IMG/VR virus record: IMGVR_UViG_3300032167_000002
Location: 88,286 to 152,285 of that record
Direction: 5' to 3' (one strand)
Length of the DNA: 64,000 bases
Source: a virus
Lineage: Duplodnaviria > Heunggongvirae > Uroviricota > Caudoviricetes
A program made the translations under genes and the position numbers. Below, piece by piece: positions 44,679-55,140 of the stretch. Numbering within the stretch: the first letter of the stretch is position 1; the number at the start of each line of letters is the position of its first letter. Under the pieces are notes generated by a model. The model saw only the letters and a list, made by a program, of their open reading frames with translations, was not told where the DNA came from and searched no databases.

Positions 44679-44956
44679 TATTTAATTACCTCTACTTCAA
44701 TATTATTCCAATTATAATGTTTCTTTGAATAAGCAAGAATGTCCTCAGACACAGCTGCTCCATAAACACTATTGCCAGCAAGAGTTACTTTATATACTTT
44801 TCTTGCATCACAAATAGCACTAATTACTTCTGGTAGCTCTTCCAAAGTGGTAATTGCTACACACTCTTTGTCACCAGTACTTGGATTTACAACATAAACA
44901 TTCTGATGTAAATCAAACATATGAATTTCGCAATATACTCTTTTCATTTCATTCAC
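44678..44956 (-). CDS. Hypothetical protein (92 aa).
   Basis: Track ORF. Confidence 0.45.
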   Translation of the reverse strand: MNEMKRVYCEIHMFDLHQNVYVVNPSTGDKECVAITTLEELPEVISAICDARKVYKVTLAGNSVYGAAVSEDILAYSKKHYNWNNIEVEVIK

Positions 44957-45443
44957 CTACCTGAACAATTCCACTATCATAGGGGAATAAGTATAAACAA
45001 GTTGGTTCACCGTCTTGAGGCTGAACCCAAATCTCAACGGCATCGCCAGCCGCAGTCAAATCCATAGCTTTAACTAAACCAACATTTAAACAGCAATCAA
45101 GAACATCTTCACCAAGATATTGAGGTTCAATAATCTTAAATACTGTGAAATAAGAAATTTCTTTACCATACAACATAAAATATTTATTATGGTAAGTTTC
45201 ATATAAGGTCCAAATATCATCCATCGCCTTACTAAAATCTTCAAGAATAGGCAATTGAGAAATGATTTGTTTATTCATATCATATAGACCCATATTAATA
45301 CCGCCGCTCTCCATCTTGATTTCATTCCAGGCACCTTCGTGCCAAATCATATATTTACCTTCAGGAGTCTGAACTAACTCACCTTCGGTAGGAGTGTAGC
45401 GGATTTGAGAAGGGTCAATCTTCTTGATTTTTAGGTCACCCAT
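44949..45443 (-). CDS. Hypothetical protein (164 aa).
   Basis: Track ORF. Confidence 0.5.
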   Translation of the reverse strand: MGDLKIKKIDPSQIRYTPTEGELVQTPEGKYMIWHEGAWNEIKMESGGINMGLYDMNKQIISQLPILEDFSKAMDDIWTLYETYHNKYFMLYGKEISYFTVFKIIEPQYLGEDVLDCCLNVGLVKAMDLTAAGDAVEIWVQPQDGEPTCLYLFPYDSGIVQVGE

Positions 45444-45482
45444 ATCAAATCTCTCCTTTATCTCATTTATACTAATATTATA

Positions 45483-45965
45483 TCAATTTTTTTTAGATAA
45501 GTCAATTATTCTCTGATTACGTGAACCTCTCATTTCAAGAGTAATATCACGCTCTTCTTCAATATAAGGACCATCAATTAGGTAATCCGCAAGCTCTAGC
45601 GCATGCCGCACTTGAGGATGACTTGCGTGTTGTAGTTGTTCATATGTATAACCACTCCAGATATATATCTTTGCTCCTGGAACTTTCTCTTTAACCTCTT
45701 TGACTACCAAATAGGTAAGGAAAGCATTTTCGTCACAAAGAGGTTCACCGCCCATGATACACAAATTTCTCTGTATACCCTGGGCGGTCAGTCCGGAAAT
45801 AATCTCATTTAAAGTCCCAGTAGTAAATTCTTTTCCTCGGTTGAAATCCCAAGTTTCTGGATTATGGCAGCCTTTACATCTATGCGGACAGCCTTGTGTA
45901 AAAAAGCTCACACAAAGACCGGGGGCCGCAGAAATATCATTTAAAATTAAACCACTATAATTCAA
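45483..45965 (-). CDS. nrdG: Anaerobic ribonucleotide reductase activating protein (radical SAM, CPHRCKGCHN).
   Basis: CxxxCxxC motif near the N-terminus. Adjacent to nrdD. Confidence 0.8.
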   Translation of the reverse strand: MNYSGLILNDISAAPGLCVSFFTQGCPHRCKGCHNPETWDFNRGKEFTTGTLNEIISGLTAQGIQRNLCIMGGEPLCDENAFLTYLVVKEVKEKVPGAKIYIWSGYTYEQLQHASHPQVRHALELADYLIDGPYIEEERDITLEMRGSRNQRIIDLSKKN

Positions 45966-45989
45966 GGGAATTTACTCCTTTCGTATGAG

Positions 45990-46014
45990 CGTAGCTAACT
46001 TGTAGTTAGCTACG
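45990..46014. other. Perfect 11-bp palindrome hairpin (CGTAGCTAACT-TGT-AGTTAGCTACG) between nrdD and nrdG. Possible RNA processing or regulatory element.
   Basis: Read directly. No adjacent T-tract on the coding (-) strand. Confidence 0.35.
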
Positions 46015-46015
46015 A

Positions 46016-48223
46016 TTAACTAAATTTACTATGTTTGATGCGGTGTTCAACCTCTGACTGTTTTCCTTTGTTAAAATGATGATAGTCAGTAGTTAAATAA
46101 CCAGTAACACGACGCAGCTGTTGAATGTTCTCACTGCCGCACTCGGGACAAGCATCATTGAACTCGCCCTGGTAGCCGCAATCTAAACAAGAGTCGATTG
46201 GGAAATTAAAAGCTAAATAAGGAATATTTAGTTCTTTAAATGCGTAGTCAATAATCTGCTCAATAGCCTTGGTATTCTTTACAAATGTAGAATCTAATTC
46301 AACATAAGTAATGCATCCGCCAGTAGGATACTTACAGAAAGGAGACTCAACAGCTAATTTCTCAAAGATACCAATTTCATACCATACAGGAACATGGTGA
46401 CTATTGGTTAAGAACTCATGGTCAGTAACATTAGGAATAATACCATACTGCTGACGCAAAGCCTTTAATGCGGTATGACATAAACCTTCGGCGGGAGTTG
46501 CATAGCAAGAGAAGTTTAAGTCATGGCGCTCAGAAGCTTCTTTAGCGTATTCGTTAATTCTCTTAACAACTTTCAAAGCGAACTCGCGCACATTCTCATC
46601 TTCAGCATGATTCTTGCCGAATAGAGCCTGACACATTTCTGCGATACCAATATAACCCATAGCCAAAGTACCATGCTTCAAAGCCTCATAGTTAGATACT
46701 CGGCAGCTTTGAGAATCCTTCATTGTACCATTCTGATACATAAAAGGTGCGGCCTCGGGTGGCTGATTAACCATAATATCGAAACGCTCCAAAAGACCTT
46801 GCTCACAAAGCATCAATAAATCCTCGAATGCAGACCAGAAGCCGTCTAAATCCGGGGTCTCACGCTTGCCTAAACAAATTCCGTATTCAATACCTAATTT
46901 GGGCAAAATCATAGTATCAGGAACAAGGTTTCCACGACCGACACGATTATAAGAATCACTATGTCTGTCATAACCAAGCATTGTGCGGCAACCCATAGTT
47001 GCGAAATATGTGTCTGGATTACTTAAATCTTCATGTGCTTCAGAATAATCACAATTGACAAAGTTAGGATAAATGCGCTTACTCAAAGACTCAATAGCTA
47101 ATTTCTTTAAATCATAGTTAGGGTCTTCGGGATTAGCATTGCAGCCCTGCTTATATTGGAAAATACTAATTGGGAAAATAGGAGTTAAGTGATGTTTACC
47201 AATACCAGCCAAAGAAGCCTTTAACATATGTTCACTTACAAAGCGACCCTCAGTAGAAGTATCACGACCGAAGTTAATAGAAGTGAAAGGAACCTGGCTG
47301 CCCGCACGGGACTCCAAAGTATTTAAGTTATGATACATAGCCTCAGAAGCTTGAGTTCCCTCACGCTCTAACTGCTTCAACGCATAGGTGAAAGCCGCAG
47401 GCATCTCTTCTCTTAGCTTATGATTATCCATAACGATAGGACCATGCTGACCAAGAATAATATCTGCATTTTCATCAGTCTGACCTTCAACATCAGTTAG
47501 ATAATTGTGCATATGCTTACGGAAGCTCTTGGCTACAAAAGGTGCTAAGTCATAGTCTGCGTGAACAGTTCCAACACCGCCGAACTGAACCTGAGACTGA
47601 CACTGATAAACAACTGCATATTGCTGACAAGCAGTAGAGTAAGATGCGGGTGGACGAATATCGCCGTTACGAGTTACGAAACCATCTTTAAATACTTTAC
47701 CAAAATCAACAAACAAACAGTTATGTTCACCAATATTTGTCTTTTCCATATCATGCTGATATAATAGCATATCTTTGTGAGCAGAAGCTACTTCTGGAGA
47801 TAAAGTATAATCCAAAGCGATAATCTTCTGAATGTCAGCAGAAGCTTCCTTCTCACGACCTGAGAAGCTCTTTTCATCAACATTTGCATTTGCATTTTCA
47901 ACAGCAGTAGCGTCAATACGCTTCATAACTGCTTTGATTAATTTACTGCGACGAGTGCGCTCTTTACTGCGCTGGTCACGATAAATAATATATGATTTGG
48001 CTACTTCTGGATATTCACTCTTCATTAAGTAGCCTTCTACTAAATCTTGAATTTGTTCGACAGTCATATCGACCCCGCGACTACCAATCAAATCTGCAAT
48101 TTCCTCTGCAGTGTCGGATTCATACACGGAGCCATATGCACTGACCATTGCTTTGTTAATGGCACGGACAATCTTGTTAGGGTCAAACAAAACGCGAGTG
48201 CCGTCTCTCTTAATTACATGCAT
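46016..48223 (-). CDS. nrdD: Anaerobic (class III) ribonucleoside-triphosphate reductase, 735 aa.
   Basis: N-terminal ATP-cone-like start MHVIKRDGTRVLFDPNKI. C-terminal Zn ribbon CLDCGYQGEFNDACPECG. Glycyl-radical motif RRVTGYL. Confidence 0.85.
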   Translation of the reverse strand: MHVIKRDGTRVLFDPNKIVRAINKAMVSAYGSVYESDTAEEIADLIGSRGVDMTVEQIQDLVEGYLMKSEYPEVAKSYIIYRDQRSKERTRRSKLIKAVMKRIDATAVENANANVDEKSFSGREKEASADIQKIIALDYTLSPEVASAHKDMLLYQHDMEKTNIGEHNCLFVDFGKVFKDGFVTRNGDIRPPASYSTACQQYAVVYQCQSQVQFGGVGTVHADYDLAPFVAKSFRKHMHNYLTDVEGQTDENADIILGQHGPIVMDNHKLREEMPAAFTYALKQLEREGTQASEAMYHNLNTLESRAGSQVPFTSINFGRDTSTEGRFVSEHMLKASLAGIGKHHLTPIFPISIFQYKQGCNANPEDPNYDLKKLAIESLSKRIYPNFVNCDYSEAHEDLSNPDTYFATMGCRTMLGYDRHSDSYNRVGRGNLVPDTMILPKLGIEYGICLGKRETPDLDGFWSAFEDLLMLCEQGLLERFDIMVNQPPEAAPFMYQNGTMKDSQSCRVSNYEALKHGTLAMGYIGIAEMCQALFGKNHAEDENVREFALKVVKRINEYAKEASERHDLNFSCYATPAEGLCHTALKALRQQYGIIPNVTDHEFLTNSHHVPVWYEIGIFEKLAVESPFCKYPTGGCITYVELDSTFVKNTKAIEQIIDYAFKELNIPYLAFNFPIDSCLDCGYQGEFNDACPECGSENIQQLRRVTGYLTTDYHHFNKGKQSEVEHRIKHSKFS

Positions 48224-48308
48224 AATAAAACCTCCATTTAAAAAACTATATTTTGTGTGGGCGTAAAAAACCTCTTACTAAATATAGTGTTTGTGCTTAA
48301 TCAATTAA

Positions 48309-48878
48309 TTACTTTTGTCCTTGAGCGAATCTGCGTCCGCTCTGGACCAAAATCTCCTTGACGTTGTCTTCTAAGTCGCCTTCAGTATTGTTGATAAGAC
48401 CGATATAACTAAAATCAATATCTTCAAAATCATTGTAATCAGCCTAAAAACGTCTTACAACTTCTCTAACGTCAGGGTCTTCTTCTCTGTTTAACTGGCG
48501 CAATAAACGAATCTTGTCATTGGTTTGAATCCAAAAGACAATTACATCACAATCCGGACGAGCCAAGAGAGACTCAACGCCTGTGGGATTGAATACGCCA
48601 ATATTGATTACTCCATCGCTGCGGACGGAGTCATAGCTGGTGCCATAGAACCAGTCGTTGAAAACGGTACACTCTAGCATCTCTCCATCAAGAACTTTCT
48701 ATCCAAATTTTTCTGGAGTATAATAAAAATAATTGACACCATGTGCCTCACCCTAGCGCATAGGGCGAGTGGTACAGCTAATAATTTCATGGAGGTCAGG
48801 GTTGGCTTCTATTACCGCCTACATTGTACGGTCTTTGCCAGACCCAGCTTCGCCCATTAAGGCAATAATTTTGTACAT
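48309..48878 (-). CDS. gmk: Guanylate kinase-like protein (189 aa) with four in-frame TAG read as sense.
   Basis: Reverse-complement translation: MYKIIALMGEAGSGKD (P-loop)...TTRPMR-GEAHGVNYFYY...FNDWFYGTS, matching Gmk signatures TTRxxRxGE, DY.F and NYYGT. Only TAG interrupts. The track shows only a 78-aa piece. Confidence 0.65.
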
Positions 48879-49102
48879 ATGTCAACTTCCTCCTCAAATT
48901 CGTATTCTAATTTGCCGGGAAGTTCACCCTCCCAGAATGTTGCATGACCATCGCAATCGGGATTCTCACACTTATAAGGATATTGTGCTGGATAAGTAGT
49001 GAGACAAATGCCAGTGGGGATTAACTCCCCACCGCACTTATCACAAATTGCTCTGGTTGTATAAATATTTTTTACCTTATATCGTTTAAGCATCTTCCTC
49101 AA
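48857..49102 (-). CDS. Small zinc-ribbon protein (81 aa; CDKCGG...CENPDCDGH).
   Basis: Track ORF. Cys pairs seen by eye. Confidence 0.5.
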   Translation of the reverse strand: MRKMLKRYKVKNIYTTRAICDKCGGELIPTGICLTTYPAQYPYKCENPDCDGHATFWEGELPGKLEYEFEEEVDICTKLLP

Positions 49103-52100
49103 TGCCTCCTTGATAACGAGAGTCTTTCAAAATCAATTCTCCATTAGGAAGAACTGCATCAATTTTATATAGCTGGTGACCGCCCGTAGAAGCATATTTC
49201 TTAGACACGAAATCATCACCAGAACGAATACCAGTAACCACAATCATATTTCCACGATTAAACCAGGATTTCTCCATAATCTTCTTCGTACCATCTGCTT
49301 GACGCTCAGAAATCTGCTTATCAAACATTGTGAAATATTCTTTTCTAAACTTGACATTTACAACACCTGTTGTAGTCAAAATAGTTACCGTACTCTTTGT
49401 CTTATTCTTTGCAATGCAAGTGCCGCAGATACGATTCAGTTTAAAGATATGAATATCTTTGCCACCCTTTGTAAAAGTCTTTTCAATTACTGGGTCTTCT
49501 GGTAGACTATAAAAGTCTACAAAACCATATCTATCATTATTGATATGCTCCAACTCATGCTCGTGATAATAGAAACATAATACTTCCATTTCCCATGCGG
49601 AAATAGTTCCTTTAGCATATTTCTCCCAATCTTGCATAAAGATTTCAGTATTTAAAGCATCCAAGATAGCTTCCTTATCAGAGGCAATCCACTTTCTAAA
49701 TACATCCATATGCTTCTGGTAGATATTATCCCAAGCCTTGGTTTTTACATACCAAGATAAGTTATCTGTTTCCATAATATCATCACATTCAATTTCATGT
49801 AAGAACGCAATCGCTCTTTCATCAAGACTATACATTCCTGCATATGTATACTTATCAGCTTTTGTAATTGCTTTTAAGTATCTGTTGAACTCATATACTC
49901 TACGAGCCATAATCTGTTCAGGAGTCTTTTCAGGCAGAAGATTATGTCTAATTAAACCACCCATATTCTGCAAAGTGATTCGACTCTTCTTATCACAAGT
50001 CTCCCAAATATACCAGGCCATAGTAAACTTTCTATCTTCCATACTATCAAAGGCTCCACCCTTGATTAGAGAAATCATAGCTTGCTTACCAGGTTTAACC
50101 TTATTCAAGAAGTCCTTGGGTGAACTATATGGTCTATTCGCAATGATTGCCGCAACCACATCATCACCTACATTTAACATACCCTTTAGACCGAATAGAA
50201 TTCGATTGTTTTCAACATCGGGAGCGAAACCGAACTTAGACTTATTAATGTCAGCTAAACTAACCTTAATGCCGGCGGCTTGGATGTCTCCAATCGCCTT
50301 TGCAATCTTACCATAATCGGTTGCCGCAGTTCTACGAATTTTCGCAGACTTATCGGGCAAGTCAATAAACTTAACTCCCTCTGCTAAATCTTGTGCTTCT
50401 GGAGCATAAATATCTACAATCTCTTCTTCACTATTATCTTCCAAAGAACCACTGTTAACAATCAAACAAGCAGTATTCCAATAAATTGGATTGAAATTAA
50501 TAACGAAATAAATAGACTGAATACCTACGAATGAGTAAGGTAGAGAGTGGTTCAAGCTAAATGCATAACCCAACTGAGGTGCAATCGCATTCTCCCAGAA
50601 ATAGTTTGCCACTCGAACGTCATCAAAGTTTCCATATACCTGCTCACGCAATTGAGGAATCTTACTCATTTGTTTCTTACCAACAATCTTTCTTGCATTG
50701 TTAGCTTCACCCAGAGTGAAACTAGCTACATCCATTAGAAGTTCCATCATCTGCTCCTGGAGAGCGCAACATCCCCAATACTGGTCACAATGCTTATGCA
50801 TTAATGCTTTTTGTTCGGGAGTGAAGTTTGCTTTATCCATTTCTCGGTCGAAAACATCCAAACCTTGATGCTGAATACGAACATATCTATCCTGTTGAGA
50901 CTCTTTATCTTTTTCAGACATAAGTCTCATCATAGCGTTCGCCGCAGTCATCTCCATAGGATTTTGAGGCTTTAATTTCTTCGCAATTGCCAAGCCGACG
51001 CCAGTACTGAACTGGAATACATCCAACACATCACCGGCCGCAAGATGGTCCCAAATGCGTTGGTCGCTTGTATCAATCACTTCTGGATGAATATACTTAT
51101 TATAAAGGTCACGCAGACCCATTTTTTCAATTACATTATCTTCAACAAGTAACTCAAAACATTTGATAATCTTATCAGAAATTTCAGTTACCAGGAAGTC
51201 ATACTTGGTATCACCGGCGGCCTCAGCCTTATGCAGGTCATAACAAGTAATTAAATCTCCACTTGGAGTTCTCATAAAACTTGCAGTTTCAAATGGGTCA
51301 TCACCATATAGAATGACACCAGATGCGTGAGAGGAACGCTTATTAACCAATCCTTCAATGGACATAATAATATCCAACAAACCAGGATAGTTGTTTACCT
51401 CACGTATGAACGGAGCCACGGGTCGTCTGTCTTTTTCTTCGTTTCCATAGACGACATCATTGATTGACCAAAGGAATCCTCGTTCCTGTGGCACCAGTGA
51501 AGACATGTATTGTGCGAGGTCGACATCGATTCCATCTGGGTAATCCTCGCTTCTATAACCGCGGCAAGCCGTGAGTATAGCTGATTTCGTACCCTCTGTT
51601 CCGAAGGTTGCAACCTGGACCAAACCAAGTTCTCCACGTTCTCTTCGAATTGCGTCAAAGATTGCGGGTCGCTTTGATGGTGCAAGGTCAATGTCGATGT
51701 CGGGCAATTCGGCTCTTTCCTTGTTAAGGAAACGCCAATAAGGTAAGCCCCATCTAACTGGGTCGAGCTGGGTAATGCCCAAGAGGTAGTTAGACAGAAA
51801 TCCTGTGGCCGAGCCTCGACCTGGGCCAACAATTGAGCCACATTCCCAGAATAGGTCGATATAGTGTTTGAAGGTGTTAAAATAGGCGAACAAGCAGTCA
51901 TCTAATTTCTCTCCAATATCTTTAATAACATCAGCCTCAGTCTCAAGACGAGTTAAGTATTCATCATATAATAATAAACCTTTTTCCTCTAAAGACTTTA
52001 GACACTCATTTATCCAATAACGCTCTTGAATATTATCGCTAGTTAAAAGTTCATTCAGTAATGGATGGCTAGAAAATCTCCATCGTTCATTTGATGCAGG

Positions 52101-53048
52101 ATAATCAGGCAAATCAATCTTAGGAATCATTTGTTTTCTTTCAAGAGAATACTCTTGATATTTTAATCTCAATTGATGAGAATTATTTAGAATTTGCTCT
52201 GCGATTGTGCCATCACCGAAGCAATCCTTTAATAAATCATAAACCTCATCATAGCTCATCAGATGAGCAAACTCATAGAAGCTATCAACCTCACGTTCGC
52301 CGCCTTTTGAATTCAAATAAGATTTATGAACAAATCTATCTGCTTTTGTCAGATAATGAGAGTCAGTGCCCACAATGATTGGAATATCATATGCCATTGC
52401 GATACGATATAACTTGCGATTCGTTGCACACTGGTCTTCCGCAGTTGAAGGCGCACACTCAATATAGAAATCATCACCAAAAATATCTCTACAAAAAGTG
52501 ATGAAATCACAAATCTGGTCATAAAAAACTTTTGCAGAAGCCATATCATTTACAGTTTCCGCACACACCATATTATAGGCGGCCGTAGATAACTCTCCGC
52601 CCATACACGCAGTTGATGCTACTACGTGTCCTTTATACTTGGACATAATTTTTGTCAGTTCCTCTTTAGTAATCGGAACACGTTCCATTCCTCGGTCAAC
52701 ATAAGAATTATACCAGGCGATAGAACTCAATTCACGAAGTGCTTTATGTCCAATAGCATCTTTCGCAGTCAAGATAAAGTGATAATATTTAATACCATTT
52801 TCTCGTTTATCTACTAAATAAACCTCATTGCCAAGAGCGATAATAAAGTCAGGATGTTTCTTTTTAATCTCCTTTGCATATTGATTTACTTCCATATGTG
52901 CAGATAAACACTCATGGTCAGTAATCGCAATGCCAGACAGACCTAACTCAATCGCTTTGTCAATGAGGTCTTTTGGTCTATTGATACAATCGAGCAAACG
53001 GATATTCGAATACATCGTATGATTATGTATGTTGAAATATGTTCCCAT
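49086..53048 (-). CDS. DNA polymerase III alpha subunit-like replicative polymerase (DnaE/PolC family) with an N-terminal PHP domain, 1320 aa, no TAG.
   Basis: PHP motifs HNHTMYS...GIAITDHE at the N-terminus. Size and general architecture fit. Confidence 0.75.
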   Translation of the reverse strand: MGTYFNIHNHTMYSNIRLLDCINRPKDLIDKAIELGLSGIAITDHECLSAHMEVNQYAKEIKKKHPDFIIALGNEVYLVDKRENGIKYYHFILTAKDAIGHKALRELSSIAWYNSYVDRGMERVPITKEELTKIMSKYKGHVVASTACMGGELSTAAYNMVCAETVNDMASAKVFYDQICDFITFCRDIFGDDFYIECAPSTAEDQCATNRKLYRIAMAYDIPIIVGTDSHYLTKADRFVHKSYLNSKGGEREVDSFYEFAHLMSYDEVYDLLKDCFGDGTIAEQILNNSHQLRLKYQEYSLERKQMIPKIDLPDYPASNERWRFSSHPLLNELLTSDNIQERYWINECLKSLEEKGLLLYDEYLTRLETEADVIKDIGEKLDDCLFAYFNTFKHYIDLFWECGSIVGPGRGSATGFLSNYLLGITQLDPVRWGLPYWRFLNKERAELPDIDIDLAPSKRPAIFDAIRRERGELGLVQVATFGTEGTKSAILTACRGYRSEDYPDGIDVDLAQYMSSLVPQERGFLWSINDVVYGNEEKDRRPVAPFIREVNNYPGLLDIIMSIEGLVNKRSSHASGVILYGDDPFETASFMRTPSGDLITCYDLHKAEAAGDTKYDFLVTEISDKIIKCFELLVEDNVIEKMGLRDLYNKYIHPEVIDTSDQRIWDHLAAGDVLDVFQFSTGVGLAIAKKLKPQNPMEMTAANAMMRLMSEKDKESQQDRYVRIQHQGLDVFDREMDKANFTPEQKALMHKHCDQYWGCCALQEQMMELLMDVASFTLGEANNARKIVGKKQMSKIPQLREQVYGNFDDVRVANYFWENAIAPQLGYAFSLNHSLPYSFVGIQSIYFVINFNPIYWNTACLIVNSGSLEDNSEEEIVDIYAPEAQDLAEGVKFIDLPDKSAKIRRTAATDYGKIAKAIGDIQAAGIKVSLADINKSKFGFAPDVENNRILFGLKGMLNVGDDVVAAIIANRPYSSPKDFLNKVKPGKQAMISLIKGGAFDSMEDRKFTMAWYIWETCDKKSRITLQNMGGLIRHNLLPEKTPEQIMARRVYEFNRYLKAITKADKYTYAGMYSLDERAIAFLHEIECDDIMETDNLSWYVKTKAWDNIYQKHMDVFRKWIASDKEAILDALNTEIFMQDWEKYAKGTISAWEMEVLCFYYHEHELEHINNDRYGFVDFYSLPEDPVIEKTFTKGGKDIHIFKLNRICGTCIAKNKTKSTVTILTTTGVVNVKFRKEYFTMFDKQISERQADGTKKIMEKSWFNRGNMIVVTGIRSGDDFVSKKYASTGGHQLYKIDAVLPNGELILKDSRYQGGIEEDA

Positions 53049-53054
53049 ATGAAT

Positions 53055-53095
53055 ATCCTTTCACTTATTTATTATATAATAATTATACCAAAATT
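53055..53095 (-). promoter_or_regulatory. Sigma70-like promoter for - strand transcription: -35 TTGACT (rc 53084..53089), 16-nt spacer, extended -10 TGGTATAAT (rc 53062..53070). Lies upstream of the polymerase gene.
   Basis: Near-consensus hexamers read from the reverse complement. The same motif recurs at 54601 and 61904. Confidence 0.55.
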
Positions 53096-53112
53096 TTTAT
53101 TATAAGTCAACC

Positions 53113-54303
53113 TTACGGTCTCACCCAAACGAGTTTTTCACTGGCACGGGTTGCCGCAGTATATGCCCAGCGTGCATGCTCGGTCTTTTCATAAGGAAAA
53201 CCTTCTTCATAGACCATTACCTTACCCCACTCAGAGCCTTGTGCTTTATGACAAGTAATACCATAGGCATAGGCGAATTCGAATGGAGGGTCAGGACATT
53301 TAGGATTTTTACGCATCTGGAACTCTTGCTTACCAGTTAAGAATTTCTCACCAGTAGTCAAAGAGGTATAATCGACGGGAATATAATTAAATACATCACC
53401 ATTCTCGTCAATCATGTTTGTATATAAAATAGGAATTTTTTTCTCACTAATCCAGAATGGAAGACTCATATCATAACGGTCAGTGCGCTGGATAACTCCA
53501 ATAGTGCCATTAGTTAAAGGAGCTGGGTCTACAACTCCATTAGAGAAGAACTCCCATTGATTTCTCAAACTAATAATCTTATCACCAACTGCGGGTTCGG
53601 GTCCGAATCCTTTAATCTGGCGCATATTCATATTAATCGCATTTCTCTTTGCGTTAGTCGCACAAAGAATTTGGTCTGCCCAATCGTACATTCCAGTTAC
53701 GATTTCTTCTGGCTTTACAAACATTACTTGTTGACCGGATGCAGGGAATTCGTTAAGAGGCTTGCCTTCACGAATCCACATAGAGAAACGAATAATTTCA
53801 CTATCATATGCCTGTCGCATAATTTCATCCAAGAAAATATGCGGATGGTCAAGTACATGATTATCACTATCCTTGTCGATGGGAGGTAACTGGAAGGGGT
53901 CGCCGCACGCAATAACATGAATGCGATGTGACAACAATCTCAACCACATTTCTTTTGGAAGCATAGAAACCTCATCAACAATAATAACTTCCAACCCATC
54001 ATCCAAGGAGGGTTTTGGTTCAAATTTAAAAGTGCCATTTGGCATGGGTTTTGCTTTATAAAGCAATTTGTGAGCAGTAAAAGGATTAGGACACCCCTTC
54101 TGCTTTAACACTTGTGCGGCCTTACCAGTATATGCCACATAACACACTTGCTCGGGTTCTAGACCAAGGGCCGCAATGATAAACTTAATCAATGTAGACT
54201 TACCTGTGCCAGCGTAGCCGGAGATACAAGTGTAGGCTTCATGCGACTTATAACGAGAAACCGCAATCTTTAATCCCTCTTCTTGTTTAGCTGTTAAAAT
54301 CAT
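53113..54303 (-). CDS. SF1 DNA helicase, Dda/RecD-like (AAA_30 / UvrD_C_2 type), 396 aa.
   Basis: Walker A GYAGTGKST, Walker B VIIVDEVSMLP, motif VI ITCHKAQGSEWGKVMV. Confidence 0.75.
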   Translation of the reverse strand: MILTAKQEEGLKIAVSRYKSHEAYTCISGYAGTGKSTLIKFIIAALGLEPEQVCYVAYTGKAAQVLKQKGCPNPFTAHKLLYKAKPMPNGTFKFEPKPSLDDGLEVIIVDEVSMLPKEMWLRLLSHRIHVIACGDPFQLPPIDKDSDNHVLDHPHIFLDEIMRQAYDSEIIRFSMWIREGKPLNEFPASGQQVMFVKPEEIVTGMYDWADQILCATNAKRNAINMNMRQIKGFGPEPAVGDKIISLRNQWEFFSNGVVDPAPLTNGTIGVIQRTDRYDMSLPFWISEKKIPILYTNMIDENGDVFNYIPVDYTSLTTGEKFLTGKQEFQMRKNPKCPDPPFEFAYAYGITCHKAQGSEWGKVMVYEEGFPYEKTEHARWAYTAATRASEKLVWVRP

Positions 54304-54578
54304 TTTATATCATCCTCCTGGTCATGCGCATGAACCAGTTGCTCAAGAGTCATATAGAAATGTTGTTTACGACTATTCATACGACGCTTTTCTTCAATTG
54401 GGTCAGTGCGCTCAACACGAGCCTTATATATGGCTAATTCATCACATACCTCAGCAAATCTGAAGTAAATACTATCAAAGCCAAAATCAAGCCTATCTTT
54501 ACAGACTCGATTTAATTCGTCTCGGTCAACATAAACCTTATTTAATTTTTCTACTAATTTTTGTGCTTCTCTATTCAT
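54300..54578 (-). CDS. Hypothetical protein (92 aa).
   Basis: Track ORF. ATGA overlap with the helicase. Confidence 0.45.
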   Translation of the reverse strand: MNREAQKLVEKLNKVYVDRDELNRVCKDRLDFGFDSIYFRFAEVCDELAIYKARVERTDPIEEKRRMNSRKQHFYMTLEQLVHAHDQEDDIK

Positions 54579-54599
54579 TTACATTCACCTTTTTATTTT

Positions 54600-54630
54600 T
54601 ATTATACCAAAATTTATATTAAAAATCAAC
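54600..54630 (-). promoter_or_regulatory. Sigma70-like promoter (- strand): -35 TTGATT (rc 54624..54629), 17-nt spacer, extended -10 TGGTATAAT (rc 54601..54609).
   Basis: Read from the reverse complement. Identical architecture to the 61904 promoter. Confidence 0.5.
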
Positions 54631-55077
54631 GGTAAAATCCCATAAGGGTCGCTGTTGTATAAAGTCCTCACTATCAAGGTCGACAAAACCAGGTAAAAAT
54701 GGATTTTGCTCAATTTGGGAAAAAATTTCTAAATCCCCTTTTTGATTTGGGTTTTCGGTCTTCTCGTCCAAGGCCGACCGGAGCTCGTCTATTTTTATTT
54801 CATCTATATCAATTATTGCTTGTAATGCAGCATCTCGACTTTCACACTCATATCGCAAATCATGCAAGTCATCTTTAATAGCAGTAATCTCACTACTATG
54901 ATATTCTAGACGAGAAAGAACTTCATTCATTCTTTTAATTGCCTAAGTCATTTCATAAGCCGTAACCCCAGTAGATGACATAGCTCGAGCCAAATCTTGT
55001 ATTTGACTTGAAAATTGATTCATTGATGGTAGTTCATATACGGTGCCATTCACCGCAATTGAATGTAACTGTGACAT
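54619..55077 (-). CDS. Hypothetical protein (152 aa) with one TAG read through. N-terminal 49 aa (MSQLHSIAVNGTVYELPSMNQF...) is missed by standard-code ORF calling.
   Basis: RBS AGGAGAAAATAAG plus ATG at rc(55075..55077). Frame continuous with track ORF 54619..54930 through a single TAG. Confidence 0.5.
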
Positions 55078-55090
55078 CTTATTTTCTCCT

Positions 55091-55132
55091 ATAAATGAAA
55101 ATAATGGGAACATAATATTAAATTATGTTCCC
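55091..55132 (-). terminator. Rho-independent terminator for the upstream (-) gene: GGGAACATAAT-ATTAA-ATTATGTTCCC followed by a T-rich tract on the - strand.
   Basis: Perfect 11-bp inverted repeat read directly. Confidence 0.6.
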
Positions 55133-55140
55133 TATTTATA

